A stretch of 64,000 nucleotides of DNA from an uncultured Acidobacteriota bacterium (lineage in GTDB: Bacteria; Acidobacteriota; Thermoanaerobaculia; Multivoradales; SZUA-115): positions 64,001 to 128,000 of the forward strand of contig CAWDVR010000004.1 in assembly GCA_963805975.1 (NCBI GenBank). Direction: 5' to 3'. Both the position numbers and the translations under genes were made by a program. Within the stretch, counting starts at the first letter, position 1. Every line of letters starts with the position of its first letter. The notes below the pieces were generated by a model, which was not told where the DNA came from, made no database searches, and saw only the letters and a program-made list of their open reading frames with translations. Below, one piece after another: positions 33,785 through 44,016 of the stretch.

Positions 33785-35808
33785 ACGGAAAGACCGCGTC
33801 GAGCGCCGGGGCGGTCGTGTTCCTGGTGCTCGCCGCGATCTTCGTGCGGGGTGAGGAGCCCGCCCGGCCCGCCGACCCGCTGGCAGATCTGAAGATCCAC
33901 GTCACCGCCGGGGCGGCGCCCGGCTACGTGCCGGACAAGACCTGCCGCATGTGCCATGCGGAGCTCTACGCTTCCTACCAGGAAGTGGCGATGGCGCGCT
34001 CCTTCCGCCGCGCGGGTGGGGGTGACGGGATCGAGGATCTGACGAGCGCCCGCTTCACCCACACGGCCTCCGGCCAGCGCTTCGAGATCGCCAGGAGCGG
34101 CGACGGCAAGCTCGTCTTCCGCCGCTACCAGCTCGGTGCCGAGGAGGCGGGCGTGCCGCCCTTCGAGGCCGAGGTCGCCTGGGTCCTGGGCTCCGGCAAT
34201 CACGCCCGCACCTACCTCTACCAGACGCCGGCCGGCGAGCTCTACCAGCTCCCGCTCGGCTGGTATAGCCAGGAGAAGGCCTGGAACATGGCCCCCGGCT
34301 ACGACCGCCCGGACCACGAAGGCGTGATGCGCCGGGTGCGGCGGGAGTGCATGTTCTGCCACAACGCCTACCCCGAGGTGGAGCCCGGGAGCGACGCCTA
34401 CGGCGCGCCGCCGCTCTACCCCGCCTCGCTGCCCGAGGGCATCGGCTGCCAGCGCTGCCACGGCCCGGGGGCCGAGCACCTGCGCCGGGCCTTCGGCGGC
34501 GCGCCCCGGGAGCAGGTGCGCGAGGCGGTGGTCAACCCGGCCCGGCTCGCTCCCGCCCGTCGCGACGACGTCTGCCTGGGCTGCCATCTCCAGCCCTCGG
34601 TCGCCCTGCCGGGCCTGCGCCGCTTCGAGCGTGCGGACTATTCGTTCCGGCCCGGCGAGGCACTCTCCGACTACCTGGTACAGGTGGACGTGGACGAGGA
34701 AGGCCGGCCGCGGAGCGAGCGCTTCGAGATCAACCACCACCCCTACCGCCTGCGCCAGAGTCGCTGCTTCACGGCGAGCGCGGGCCGCCTCTCCTGCCTC
34801 ACCTGCCACGACCCGCACAAGAAGGTGCCGGAGGCCGCGCGCGCCTCCCACTACCGCGCCGCCTGCCTCACCTGCCACCAGGTCGAGGACTGCGGCCGGC
34901 CCACGGTGGAGGGCGAAGCAGCCCACGCCGACGGCGGCGACTGCGCCTCCTGCCACATGCCGCGGCGCCGGCCCCAGGACGTGGTCCACGTGGTGATGAC
35001 CGACCACCGCATCCAGCGCCTTCCCGGCGGCCCGGAGCTCACGGCGCCGCTCGCCGAGAGCGACCACCAGATCACCGGCGTCGAGCTCACCGACCCGGCC
35101 GCGTCGCCCCCCGGCGCCCTGGGCGAGGTCTATCGCACGCTCGCGGTGGTGCGCGCCAGCCGCGCCACCGGGGCCATCGACCGGCTGGCACGGCTGCTGC
35201 GGGAAGTCCAACCCGCCTCGCAGGTGCCGTACTTCGATCTCGCCGAGGCGTTCCTCTCCCGCGGTCGCTTCGCGGAGGCCGAGACGGCGCTCGCCGGCAT
35301 CCTGGCGCGTTCCCCGGCCGAGCCCCGGGCGCGCGAGTGGCTCGGTATCGCGCTCACCGGGCAGGGGAAGGTCGACGAGGGAAGGGCGGCGATCGAAGCC
35401 GCCCTCACGCAGCCGGGAGAACCTGGCGGCGCCTCGTTCCGCCCCGAAGCGCGTTCCAACCTGGGCCGCCTGCTCGCCGCCGAGGGGCGGCCGGCCGAGG
35501 CCCTGCTCGTTCTCCGGGCCGCTCTCGAAGAGCGCCCGAACCTTGCTCTCGCGTGGTTCCACCGGGCGAGAGTCGAGACCGCGCTCGACCGGCCGGCGGA
35601 AGCCCTCCGGTCCTACCGCCGCTGCCTCTCGATCGATCCCACCCAGACCCGGGCCTACCTCGGCCTGGCCGAGGCCCACCTCGCATCGGGAGACCGCGCT
35701 CGCGCGCTCGCCGTCCTGCGCCTCGGCACCACCGCCGCCGCGGACCGCCGGACGATTCAGGAAGCCCTCGCCCGCACCGAGGCGGACGGGCCCACGGAGA
35801 CGCCATGA
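33781..35808 (+). CDS. multiheme cytochrome c (7 CxxCH) fused to C-terminal TPRs
   Basis: CRMCH, CMFCH, CQRCH, CLGCH, CLTCH (twice) and CASCH; TDHRI; an N-terminal hydrophobic segment and a TPR tail. Confidence 0.88.
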   Translation: MNGKTASSAGAVVFLVLAAIFVRGEEPARPADPLADLKIHVTAGAAPGYVPDKTCRMCHAELYASYQEVAMARSFRRAGGGDGIEDLTSARFTHTASGQRFEIARSGDGKLVFRRYQLGAEEAGVPPFEAEVAWVLGSGNHARTYLYQTPAGELYQLPLGWYSQEKAWNMAPGYDRPDHEGVMRRVRRECMFCHNAYPEVEPGSDAYGAPPLYPASLPEGIGCQRCHGPGAEHLRRAFGGAPREQVREAVVNPARLAPARRDDVCLGCHLQPSVALPGLRRFERADYSFRPGEALSDYLVQVDVDEEGRPRSERFEINHHPYRLRQSRCFTASAGRLSCLTCHDPHKKVPEAARASHYRAACLTCHQVEDCGRPTVEGEAAHADGGDCASCHMPRRRPQDVVHVVMTDHRIQRLPGGPELTAPLAESDHQITGVELTDPAASPPGALGEVYRTLAVVRASRATGAIDRLARLLREVQPASQVPYFDLAEAFLSRGRFAEAETALAGILARSPAEPRAREWLGIALTGQGKVDEGRAAIEAALTQPGEPGGASFRPEARSNLGRLLAAEGRPAEALLVLRAALEERPNLALAWFHRARVETALDRPAEALRSYRRCLSIDPTQTRAYLGLAEAHLASGDRARALAVLRLGTTAAADRRTIQEALARTEADGPTETP

Positions 35809-36309
35809 CCGACGCTCCCGCTCCTTACACCGTCCCCGCCGGCACGGACATCGGCCATGTGCACTTGAAGGTTGCCGATCTCGAGCGGGCGCTGGCTTTC
35901 TACACCGGCACGCTGGGCTTCGAGCTCACGCAGCGCTATGGGCGCGAAGCCGCCTTCGTCTCGGCCGGCGGCTACCACCATCACATCGGTCTCAACACCT
36001 GGGAGAGCCGCGGCGGCTCGCCGCCTCCGCCCGGCTCGACCGGCCTCTACCACCTCGCCATCCGCTATCCCACCCGGCACGACCTCGCCGTGGTGACACG
36101 GCGGGTCCTGGCGGCTGGCATCCGACCTCGTCGGGGCCGCCGACCACGGCGTCAGCGAGGCCGTGTACTTGACCGACCCCGACCAGAACGGCGTCGAGCT
36201 CTACTGGGACCGCCCCCGCGACGCCTGGCCCCACCACCCCGACGGCTCACTCGCCATGGGCACCGACCCGCTCGACCTGGCGGGGCTGCTGCGGGAGGCT
36301 GAGGGGTAG
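35805..36309 (+). CDS. VOC family protein (CatE-like N-domain); frameshift near 36125
   Basis: IGHVHLKVADLERA, GGYHHHIGLNTW and GLYHLAI, then ADHGVSEAVYLTDPDQNGVELYWDRP in the shifted frame. Confidence 0.85.
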
Positions 36310-36347
36310 TCTTCGCGAGGCGCCATCACCAGCGCCCTCCAACTCGC

Positions 36348-37181
36348 ATGCTGAGCCGCCGCCACTTCCTGCTCGCTGCCGCCGCGGCCGCGCCCGCGGG
36401 GGTGGTGTGCTACACCTTCTACATCGAGCCGCACTGGTTGGAGATCGTCCGCCGGCCGCTGCCGGTGCGGGGCCTGCCGCCGGAGCTCGCGGGCTCGACG
36501 CTGGTGCAGATGAGCGACGTGCACGTGGGGCTCGAGGTGGACGACGCCTATGTGATCGAGACCTTCGAGCGCGTGGCGCGGCTGGCGCCGGACATCGTGG
36601 TGGTGACCGGGGACTTCATCAGCCACCACGCGCGGTCTCTGGAACAGGTCGAGCGCGTCTATGCGCACCTGCCGCGCGGCCGGCTCGCCACCCTGGGTAT
36701 CTTCGGCAACCACGACTACGGGCCCGGCTGGTCGCACCCGGAGGTGGCCGACGCCCTTGCCGGCGCGCTGGCGCGTTGCGGGATCCGGATGCTGCGCAAC
36801 GAGATCGCGGAGGTCGCGGGCCTTCAGATTGCGGGCCTGGACGACCTGTGGGGCACGAACTTCCGGCCTCGAGGCGTGATCGAGAGCATCGATCCTGAAC
36901 GGGCCGCGATCGTCCTCAGCCACAACCCGGACTCGGTCGATCGGCCGGTCTGGGGCGGCTACCAGGGCTGGGTCCTCTCCGGCCACACCCATGGCGGGCA
37001 GTGCAAGCCCCCCTTCCTGCCGCCCCCGATGCTGCCGGTGCAGAACAAGCGCTACACGGCTGGGGAATTCGAGCTTTCCGGCAGCCGGCGGCTCTACATC
37101 AACCGCGGCATCGGCCACCTGCTGGCGGTGCGCTTCAACGTGCGGCCCGAGGTGACGGTCTTCGAGCTCGAGCGCGCCTGA
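36348..37181 (+). CDS. metallophosphoesterase (YkuE/YaeI-like)
   Basis: SDVH, TGDF, GNHDY, LSHNPD and GHTHGGQ, with an SRRHFL N-terminus. Confidence 0.92.
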   Translation: MLSRRHFLLAAAAAAPAGVVCYTFYIEPHWLEIVRRPLPVRGLPPELAGSTLVQMSDVHVGLEVDDAYVIETFERVARLAPDIVVVTGDFISHHARSLEQVERVYAHLPRGRLATLGIFGNHDYGPGWSHPEVADALAGALARCGIRMLRNEIAEVAGLQIAGLDDLWGTNFRPRGVIESIDPERAAIVLSHNPDSVDRPVWGGYQGWVLSGHTHGGQCKPPFLPPPMLPVQNKRYTAGEFELSGSRRLYINRGIGHLLAVRFNVRPEVTVFELERA

Positions 37182-37334
37182 AGACGTGCCTCCGCCGCCG
37201 GAACGTCCTTCCTCCCGCCGGCGATGGCACTCAGACTGGTAGAACATCTCGACCTATGTGGCGCTTGCGGCCATGGCTTGGGCCGCCCGCCGGTCGCCGT
37301 GGTAACGTCCTCGGTCTCGCTGGTCCGACACCTG

Positions 37335-37892
37335 ATGAGCCCTCTCTCGACGACCTCCAGTCTCCGCCCGCGCGCGGGGTCCCCCCGCTTCTGGCGCATG
37401 CTGCGCCTCGGCTCGCTGGTGCTGGCGGTGGGCTATCTGGTGGCGCTCCACGCCGAGATCCTGTGGCAGCGCATCGCGTCGAAGACTCTTCTCGAGCCGG
37501 TCGTCGCCCTGAAGTGGACGGCGGCGGCGGCGCTGGTGGCGGCTCTCCTGCGGCTCAGGAGCGCCGGGGTGCCGCTCTGGCACGGGCGCCGGGCGGTAGT
37601 GGTCTGGATGCTGGTGCTGCTCCTCCATGCCGGCACGGCCGTGCCCGCGGCGGAGGAGCTGGCGGCTGGGTTGAGCGACCGCGCCGATGCCTCCAGCCTG
37701 CTCCTGGTGCTGCCGCTCTGTGTCTCGCTGGCGACGGTTTTCGAGCTCGGCCGTCGCCTCCTCGCCGGCCGGGTCGAGGCGCGGCCGGCTCCCCGGCCGA
37801 TGCCGCGCCGCCTGCTGCTCGCGGCGCCTCCCCGGCCCGCTTTCGTGGACGGCCTCGGCCGCGCCCTGGCCTCGCGCCCTCCTCCCGTCTAG
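37335..37892 (+). CDS. membrane protein ending in RPPP; candidate arrest-peptide leader ORF of the TonB-dependent receptor
   Basis: Three to four hydrophobic segments, two LHA motifs and the C-terminus LASRPPPV-stop, 116 nt upstream of the receptor ATG. The start is uncertain. Confidence 0.62.
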   Translation: MSPLSTTSSLRPRAGSPRFWRMLRLGSLVLAVGYLVALHAEILWQRIASKTLLEPVVALKWTAAAALVAALLRLRSAGVPLWHGRRAVVVWMLVLLLHAGTAVPAAEELAAGLSDRADASSLLLVLPLCVSLATVFELGRRLLAGRVEARPAPRPMPRRLLLAAPPRPAFVDGLGRALASRPPPV

Positions 37893-38008
37893 CCCTCGCC
37901 TCTGTCGTCCGAAGAGCCCGGTGGCCGCGCCGCCGGGATCGCCATGGAACGCGGAGCGCCGCGCGCGATCTCTCGCCGCCGGCCTCCGCTCGACCGGAGA
38001 TCAGGACT

Positions 38009-40341
38009 ATGACGTTTCTCGAGCTCACCGCGGCGCGCCGCCAGGCGCTGGCCGCGCTCGTTGCCTTGCCGCTCCTCTTTGCAGGCGCGGTTCTCTCGCC
38101 CGCCGCCGCCCAGACCGACCCGGTGGCCGAGCCCCGGCCCGACGCCGCGGAGGTCGCGGCCGCGACGACGCCTCCACCCCCTCTTTCTTCGCCGAGACCA
38201 CCGTCACCGCGACCGGCAGCGAGGCGGACACCTTCGAGGTGGCGACCCCGGTGACGGTGGTCAGCGCGGAGACCATCGAGCGCCGCGCCCCGGACAACGC
38301 GGCGGACCTGCTGCGCGACGAGCCGGGCGTGGACGTCAACGGCGTGGGCCCCAACCAGGAGCGGCCGGTGATCCGCGGCCAGAGAGGGCTGCGGGTGCTG
38401 TTTCTGGAGAACGGCCTGCGCCTCAACAACGCCCGCCGGCAGACCGACTTCGGGGAGATCAGCGGCCTCGTGGACGTGGACGAGGTCGAGACCCTCGAGG
38501 TGGTGCGCGGCCCGGCCTCGGTGCTCTACGGCAGCGACGCGGTGGGCGGGGTGCTCAACCTGCTCACCAAGGCGCCGGCTTTTAACGACGACCGCTCCCT
38601 GGGCGGCTCCTTGGCGCTGCGCTACGGCACGGCGGGCGAGACGGCGCGCGGCCACGCCGCGCTCGACGGCCGGAGCGGCAAGCTCTCCTACCGCCTGGGC
38701 GCCTCCTACCGCGACGCCGACGACTACGAAGCCCCGGCCGGCTCCTTCGGCGACATCCGCCTGGACGACGACACGCGGGTGAACGACACCGGCGTGACCG
38801 ACGACAGCGCCTCGTTGCACCTGGGCTGGGAGCTGGCGGAGAACCAGTCGCTCACCTTTCGCCTCAACCGCTACCGCGCCGACCAGACCGGCTTCGGCTT
38901 CGTCGATCCGGCTCTCCTGGCCGGCGAGGAGGATGCCGTGGTGCGCATCCTCTACCCGGAGCAGGCCTTCGACCGCTACAATCTGGGCTACCTCGGCTCG
39001 AACCTGGGCTCGGCGCTGGCCGACACCGTGGAGGTCCAGGGCTATTACCAGTCGAACGAGCGCCAGCTCGCCAACCTGATCGACATCAACATCGGCCCGA
39101 TCTTCCCCACCGCGCCCAACTCGTCGGTGTTCGCGGACACCCTCAACTCCACGGACCTGGACACCCTCGGCCTGCGCGCCGAGGTGATGAAGCTCGCCGG
39201 CGAGGACCATTTCTTCACCTATGGCCTCGAGGCGAGCGAGGACGACTCCAAGAACACCGATTTCTCGACCATCACGACCACCCTCCGCTTCCCTTTCCCG
39301 CCGTTCCAGGTGGTCGACGTCGCAACTGACGATGTCGCCAACGCGCCGAACGCCACCAACTCGAGCTACGGCGTCTTCGTACAGGACGAGATCGGCCTCG
39401 GCGACCGCTTCAAGGTCACCGTCGGGGCGCGCTATCAGCAGGTCGAGACCAAGGCCGAAGCCACGCCCGGCTGGGACGTTTCCGACCTCGACTTCGAGGA
39501 CGACCAGGTGGTGGGCGCCGTGGCCGGCCTCTACCGCGCCACGGACTACCTGCACCTCGTGGCCTCCTACGGCACGGCCTTCCGCGCACCCTCGATCGTC
39601 GAGCGGCTGTTCAACGGCCCGACGCCAGAAGGCTCCGGCTTCCAGATCCTGAACCCGGATCTGGCCTCGGAGGAGAGCGACAACATCGACGTGGGGCTCA
39701 AGTACCGGCGCCGGAACGCCTTCCTCGACCTCACTCTGTTCCGGAACGACATCGACGACGGTATCGTGCAGTACTTCCTGTCGCCGGCGGAGGTCCTGGC
39801 GCTGCCGCCCGAGGTGCAGCAGGCGATCCGCGAGTCCGGCGGCGGCTTCGTCGTCCAGCAGCGGAACATCGAGCGGCTGCGCTACGAGGGCGCGGAGCTG
39901 GCCCTCGGCTGGCGAGGGGAGAGCGGCCTGGCGGTGGGCGGCAACTACACCTATCTCGACGGCGAGCGGATCGACTCCGTCAACCCGCCGACCGGCGACA
40001 CCTTTGGCGACAAGATCAACTTCTACCTGCGCTTCGAGCCGGCCCAGGGCCGCTGGGCGGGACGCTACTGGGCAGAGTACAGGCTGCGCCGGAACGGCGA
40101 GGAGAAGGCCAACCTCGCAGCCAACGAGCCGGTGCCGCCGGTGGGCGAGCGGCTGCCGGCCTTCACGGTCCACACGCTGGCCGGCGGTGTGCGGCTCTTC
40201 GAGCGCGGCCGGCAGCGCCACAGCGTGGGAGTGGTGGTCGAGAACGCGAGCGACGAGCTCTACGCCGAGTTCTCGAACGCCACGTTCTTCCGTCCCCAGC
40301 CCAAGCGCAACGTGACGGTGACGTACCGCCTGGGCTTCTAG
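38009..40341 (+). CDS. TonB-dependent outer-membrane receptor; frameshift near 38170
   Basis: Signal peptide from ATG 38009, then TonB box ETTVTATG, plug motifs PGV, IRG and EVVRGPASVLYGSDAVGGVLN, FRAP, NPDL and a terminal aromatic YRLGF. Confidence 0.92.
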
Positions 40342-40369
40342 GGCGCCCGGTTCTTCCTGGGATTTTCAC

Positions 40370-40399
40370 GGCCGGCCGCGGGGTCGGCCTTTCTTTTCT
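40370..40399 (+). terminator. intrinsic terminator after the TonB-dependent receptor
   Basis: GGCCGGCC-GCGG-GGTCGGCC hairpin followed by TTTCTTTT. Confidence 0.65.
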
Positions 40400-40793
40400 A
40401 GCGTCGGATTCCCTGCCGCCGTGCGAGCCAGTCGTCGACCGAGAAGCGCCCGGCGCCGGTGAAGGCCAGGGCGAGGAACGGGATGGCGAAGAGCAGCGGG
40501 TGCTCCTTCTGCTCGAAGGCGTCGCTGGCGTGGAAGACGAACGCCGCCACCAGCATGGTGATCACCACCGGGATCGCCGCCCAGCGAGTCTTGAAGCCGA
40601 AGACCACGAGCAGAGCGCAGACGAACTCTGCGAACGCCGCCAGCGCCAGGCTCGCCGCCGGGCCGATGCCGATCGGGTCCGGGAAGTTGGCAGCCTTGCC
40701 GCCGAAGAGGTCCATCACCTTCCCGAGGCCGTGACCGGCCATCAACAGCCCCACTCCAAGCCGCAGGATCAAGAGCCCCCAGTCCAGCTTCAT
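40398..40793 (-). CDS. DoxX family protein
   Basis: GLLILRLGVGLLMAGHGLGK, FPDPIGIG, AEFVC and GAGRFSVD. SD GGGGG. Confidence 0.9.
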   Translation of the reverse strand: MKLDWGLLILRLGVGLLMAGHGLGKVMDLFGGKAANFPDPIGIGPAASLALAAFAEFVCALLVVFGFKTRWAAIPVVITMLVAAFVFHASDAFEQKEHPLLFAIPFLALAFTGAGRFSVDDWLARRQGIRR

Positions 40794-40956
40794 GCCATGC
40801 CCCCCTCTGTCCGGTTGTGGCTGCGCCTCGCGGTCCCGGGCCGGCTTGCCGGCAGAGCTCGAGGGCAGTGTGACGGCGGGGATTGTAGCCAGGTTCGCGG
40901 GCCATCGCGCCCTCTGCTCGGCCCCGGAGTCGCTTTGCGCGTAGTCTTCTGTGGAT

Positions 40957-42939
40957 ATGAGCTCTTCGCGCCCTCGCTCCCATGACCTCGTTGCCGGGCT
41001 CCTGGCGCTCTGGGTCGCCCTGCTGGCACCCGGCCGGGCGGGCGCGGTCGGAGCGCCGGAGGCGCCGCGCGGCCTCGGCCCGGGGAACGATTCGTTCCAG
41101 GGCGGCGTCGAGGCGGACTTCGTCAACGGCCAGGCCGGCGACGACCTGGTCCTGGGCGGCGGCGGCAACGACCTGCTCTTCGGGGGCGCCGGGGCCGACC
41201 GGCTCTACGGCGGCTGGGGCCGGGACACTCTCTACGGCAACCTGAGCGCGGACACTCTCACCGGCGGCCCGGGCGCGGACCGGCTGGAGGGCGGGGCCGG
41301 CAACGACTCGTACCTCTATCGCCCGGGCGACGGCGACGACCTGGTGCTCGACCGGGCGGGCCAGAACCGCCTCTTTCTGGTCAACATCCGGCCGCACCAG
41401 GCGACGGTCGAGGCGGTGGGTGCGGACCTCCTGGTGCACGTGCGCGTGGGGGCGCCGGCAACCCTCACCGTGAAGGACGGCGCCCTCCCGTGCGCCGGCT
41501 GCGGGGTGGCGATCGAGTACGACCCGCGCCCCAACGTGGTGCTGATCCTGGCGGACGACCTGGGCTGGGGGGACCTCGGTGCCTACGGCCAGGCGCGGAT
41601 CGCGACCCCCGAGCTCGACCGGTTGGCCGCCCAGGGCCTACGCTTCACGCAGTTCTACGCCGGGGCGCCGCATTGCACGCCGTCGCGCAGCAGCCTGCTC
41701 ACCGGTCTCCACACCGGCCACACGCAGGTGCGCAACGAGGAACCGCTCTCCGCCGCGGACCCCACCGTGGCGGAGCTGCTGCGCCAGGCGGGCTACGCCA
41801 CCGGCGCCTTCGGCAAGTGGGGCCTGGCCGCCATCGATCCCGAGAGCGGTGCGGTCACCTCCTCGCCCACCGAGCTCGGCTTCGACGCCTTTGCCGGCTC
41901 GCTCACCAACCGCGACGCCCACGCCTACTACCTGGACAGCCCGGCCGCGCCTCCCGGCACGCCCGCGCACCCGTACGTGGCGGACATTCGGCAGCATCTC
42001 TACGAAACCCGCGGCGGAGCCCTCCGGCCTTTCTCCATCCCCGCCGACCGCTACGTCCACGACGAGGTCTTCGACCGCGCGCTCGCCTTTGTCGACGAGC
42101 ACCAGAGCGAGCCGTTCTTCCTCTACCTGCCGCTCACCCTGCCGCACGCCGAGCTGGCGCCGCCGCCCGAGGGCCTGGGCCCGTACGTCGACGCGCACGG
42201 GGCGAGCCTCTTTCCGGAGACCCCGTGGGCGCCGCCGCTCAATGGCCTGGGCTACCCGCGCGCGAACGCCCTGCCGCGCGCCACCTACGCGGCCATGGTC
42301 TCGCGCCTGTCGCGGGACGTGGGCCGCCTGGCCGACCGCCTGCGCGAGCTGGACCTGGCGGCGGACACGCTCGTCCTCTTCACCTCGGACAATGGCCCGC
42401 ACGATGCCGGCGGCATCGGTGGCCCGGCCTTTTTCTCGAGCGCCGGGCCGTTCTCCGGCATGAAGTGGCTGCTGCGCGAGGGGGGTGTGCGCGTGCCGCT
42501 CATCGCCTGGTGGCCGGGCACCATCGCGCCGGGATCGACGGCCGAGCCCGCCGCGGCCTGGGACCTGCTGCCGACGCTCGCCGAGCTGGCCGGGAAGCCG
42601 CTCACCCAGCCGACCGACGGGGTGTCGCTCTCGCCCGTGCTCCAGGCCGCCGGCACGCTGCCGGTGCGCCCGCTCTACTGGGAAAGCTGGAGCCCGCGCG
42701 GTGAGCACCGCCAGGCCGTGCGGCTCGGCCGCTACAAGATGCTACGCCGCCGCAGCGGCGGCCAGGTGGAACTCTACGACCTGGCCGCCGACCCCGGCGA
42801 GACCCACGACCTGGCGGGAGCACCGGCCCATTGTCCGCTGCTCCGCGACCTGGCCGCGGTGTTGAACGCCTCGCATCGACCCCCACCCGGCGACCCGCCC
42901 ACGTACCGGATCGCGAAGCTCGCGATCCACTGCCCGTAG
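40957..42939 (+). CDS. arylsulfatase-family enzyme with N-terminal RTX-type Ca-binding repeats
   Basis: Signal-like N-terminus, about seven GGxGxDxLx nonapeptides, then PNVVLILADDLG, CTPSR..LLTG, GKW, FTSDNG and EGGVRVP. Confidence 0.9.
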   Translation: MSSSRPRSHDLVAGLLALWVALLAPGRAGAVGAPEAPRGLGPGNDSFQGGVEADFVNGQAGDDLVLGGGGNDLLFGGAGADRLYGGWGRDTLYGNLSADTLTGGPGADRLEGGAGNDSYLYRPGDGDDLVLDRAGQNRLFLVNIRPHQATVEAVGADLLVHVRVGAPATLTVKDGALPCAGCGVAIEYDPRPNVVLILADDLGWGDLGAYGQARIATPELDRLAAQGLRFTQFYAGAPHCTPSRSSLLTGLHTGHTQVRNEEPLSAADPTVAELLRQAGYATGAFGKWGLAAIDPESGAVTSSPTELGFDAFAGSLTNRDAHAYYLDSPAAPPGTPAHPYVADIRQHLYETRGGALRPFSIPADRYVHDEVFDRALAFVDEHQSEPFFLYLPLTLPHAELAPPPEGLGPYVDAHGASLFPETPWAPPLNGLGYPRANALPRATYAAMVSRLSRDVGRLADRLRELDLAADTLVLFTSDNGPHDAGGIGGPAFFSSAGPFSGMKWLLREGGVRVPLIAWWPGTIAPGSTAEPAAAWDLLPTLAELAGKPLTQPTDGVSLSPVLQAAGTLPVRPLYWESWSPRGEHRQAVRLGRYKMLRRRSGGQVELYDLAADPGETHDLAGAPAHCPLLRDLAAVLNASHRPPPGDPPTYRIAKLAIHCP

Positions 42940-42988
42940 GCGCTCCACTTCCGCAAGCGGGCCGCCACCGTACTTCGGCGGGAAGGGC

Positions 42989-43291
42989 TCAGTCGAGATC
43001 GAAGGGTTTGAACGGTGGGCTGGTGTCCGGCTCTTCCTCGGCACGCTTCATGGCCTCGCGGAACCGCTCGTCGAGGATGCGGTCGCGGTCCTTCATCGCC
43101 GCCACCTCGCGGGTGAAGACGTCCTCGACCCGGGCCTTGTCCTGATCCAGACCACGCAGAAGCGCGTCGAAGTCCTTGCCGCCGGCTGGCGGCTGCTTGG
43201 CCTTCTTGTGGAAGAGCACCTGACCGGTGGCGGTGTCGACCGTCAGGTCGGCACCACAGTCCGGGCAGCGGAGCGAGACCTTGGCAGCCAC
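42989..43291 (-). CDS. small CxxC + coiled-coil hypothetical protein
   Basis: RCPDCGADLTVD followed by a charged helix and a terminal FDLD. GTG start at 43291. Confidence 0.7.
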   Translation of the reverse strand: MAAKVSLRCPDCGADLTVDTATGQVLFHKKAKQPPAGGKDFDALLRGLDQDKARVEDVFTREVAAMKDRDRILDERFREAMKRAEEEPDTSPPFKPFDLD

Positions 43292-43353
43292 GGGGGGATT
43301 GTAGCTCGCCGGGCGCAGGCCGCGACCGCCAGAGGTTGATCTGGCGTGCCGGG

Positions 43354-43427
43354 TGGATTCCCGCTTCCGCGGGACTGACACACACGAGCAGCCAACTTCC
43401 CGTCATTCCCGCGGAAGCGGGAACCCA
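43354..43427. repeat. inverted pair of 26-bp REP-like palindromes (GTCATTCCCGCGNAAGCGGGAATCCA family)
   Basis: TGGATTCCCGCTTCCGCGGGACTGAC at 43354-43379 and GTCATTCCCGCGGAAGCGGGAACCCA at 43402-43427. Confidence 0.85.
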
Positions 43428-43449
43428 TCGGCTGGTAGAATTCGCCGTC

Positions 43450-44016
43450 ATGACGACGACCCTTCCCAGCCGCGACGAGGCCTGGGCCCTTCTCTGCGAA
43501 TACACCGCCAAAGAGGGTCTGCGCAAGCACGCCCTCTCAGTCGAGATCGCGATGCGCGCCTATGCCACCAGGCTGGGCGGCGATCCGGAGCTCTGGGGTC
43601 AGACCGGCCTGCTCCACGATTTCGACTACGAGCGCTGGCCCGACGAGGAGAACCACCCCTACCGCGGGGTCGAGATCCTGCGCGAGAAGGGCTATCCGGA
43701 AGAGATGCTGACGGCGATCCTCGGCCACGCTCCCTACACCGGCGTGGCGCGGGAGAGCCCGCTCGCCAAGGCGCTCTTCGCCTGCGACGAGCTCGCCGGC
43801 TTCATCGTCGCCGTGGCCCTCATCAAGCCCAGCAAGTCGCTCGCCGACGTCGATCTGCGGAGCGTCACCAAGCGGCTCAAGGAGAAGGCGTTCGCCCGCG
43901 GCGTGAGCCGCGAGGACGTCTACGCCGGCGCCCAGGAGCTCGGTCTGCCGTTCGAGGAGCACGCGGCCAACGTGCTCGCCGCGCTTCAGGCCGAGTCCGC
44001 GGCGCTCGGGCTGTAG
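43450..44016 (+). CDS. HD-domain metal-dependent phosphohydrolase
   Basis: LRKHAL, GLLHDFDYE, AILGH, LFACDEL and KEKAFARGV. Confidence 0.9.
   Translation: MTTTLPSRDEAWALLCEYTAKEGLRKHALSVEIAMRAYATRLGGDPELWGQTGLLHDFDYERWPDEENHPYRGVEILREKGYPEEMLTAILGHAPYTGVARESPLAKALFACDELAGFIVAVALIKPSKSLADVDLRSVTKRLKEKAFARGVSREDVYAGAQELGLPFEEHAANVLAALQAESAALGL

Noticed and set aside
37555-40221. Long antisense and alternate-frame ORFs (for example 37555-40221 minus, 43353-46289 plus, 47210-49861 minus, 57605-59770 plus)
   Set aside because: They are shadow ORFs expected from GC-rich codon bias opposite well-supported genes, and their Arg/Gly/Ala-rich translations carry no motifs.
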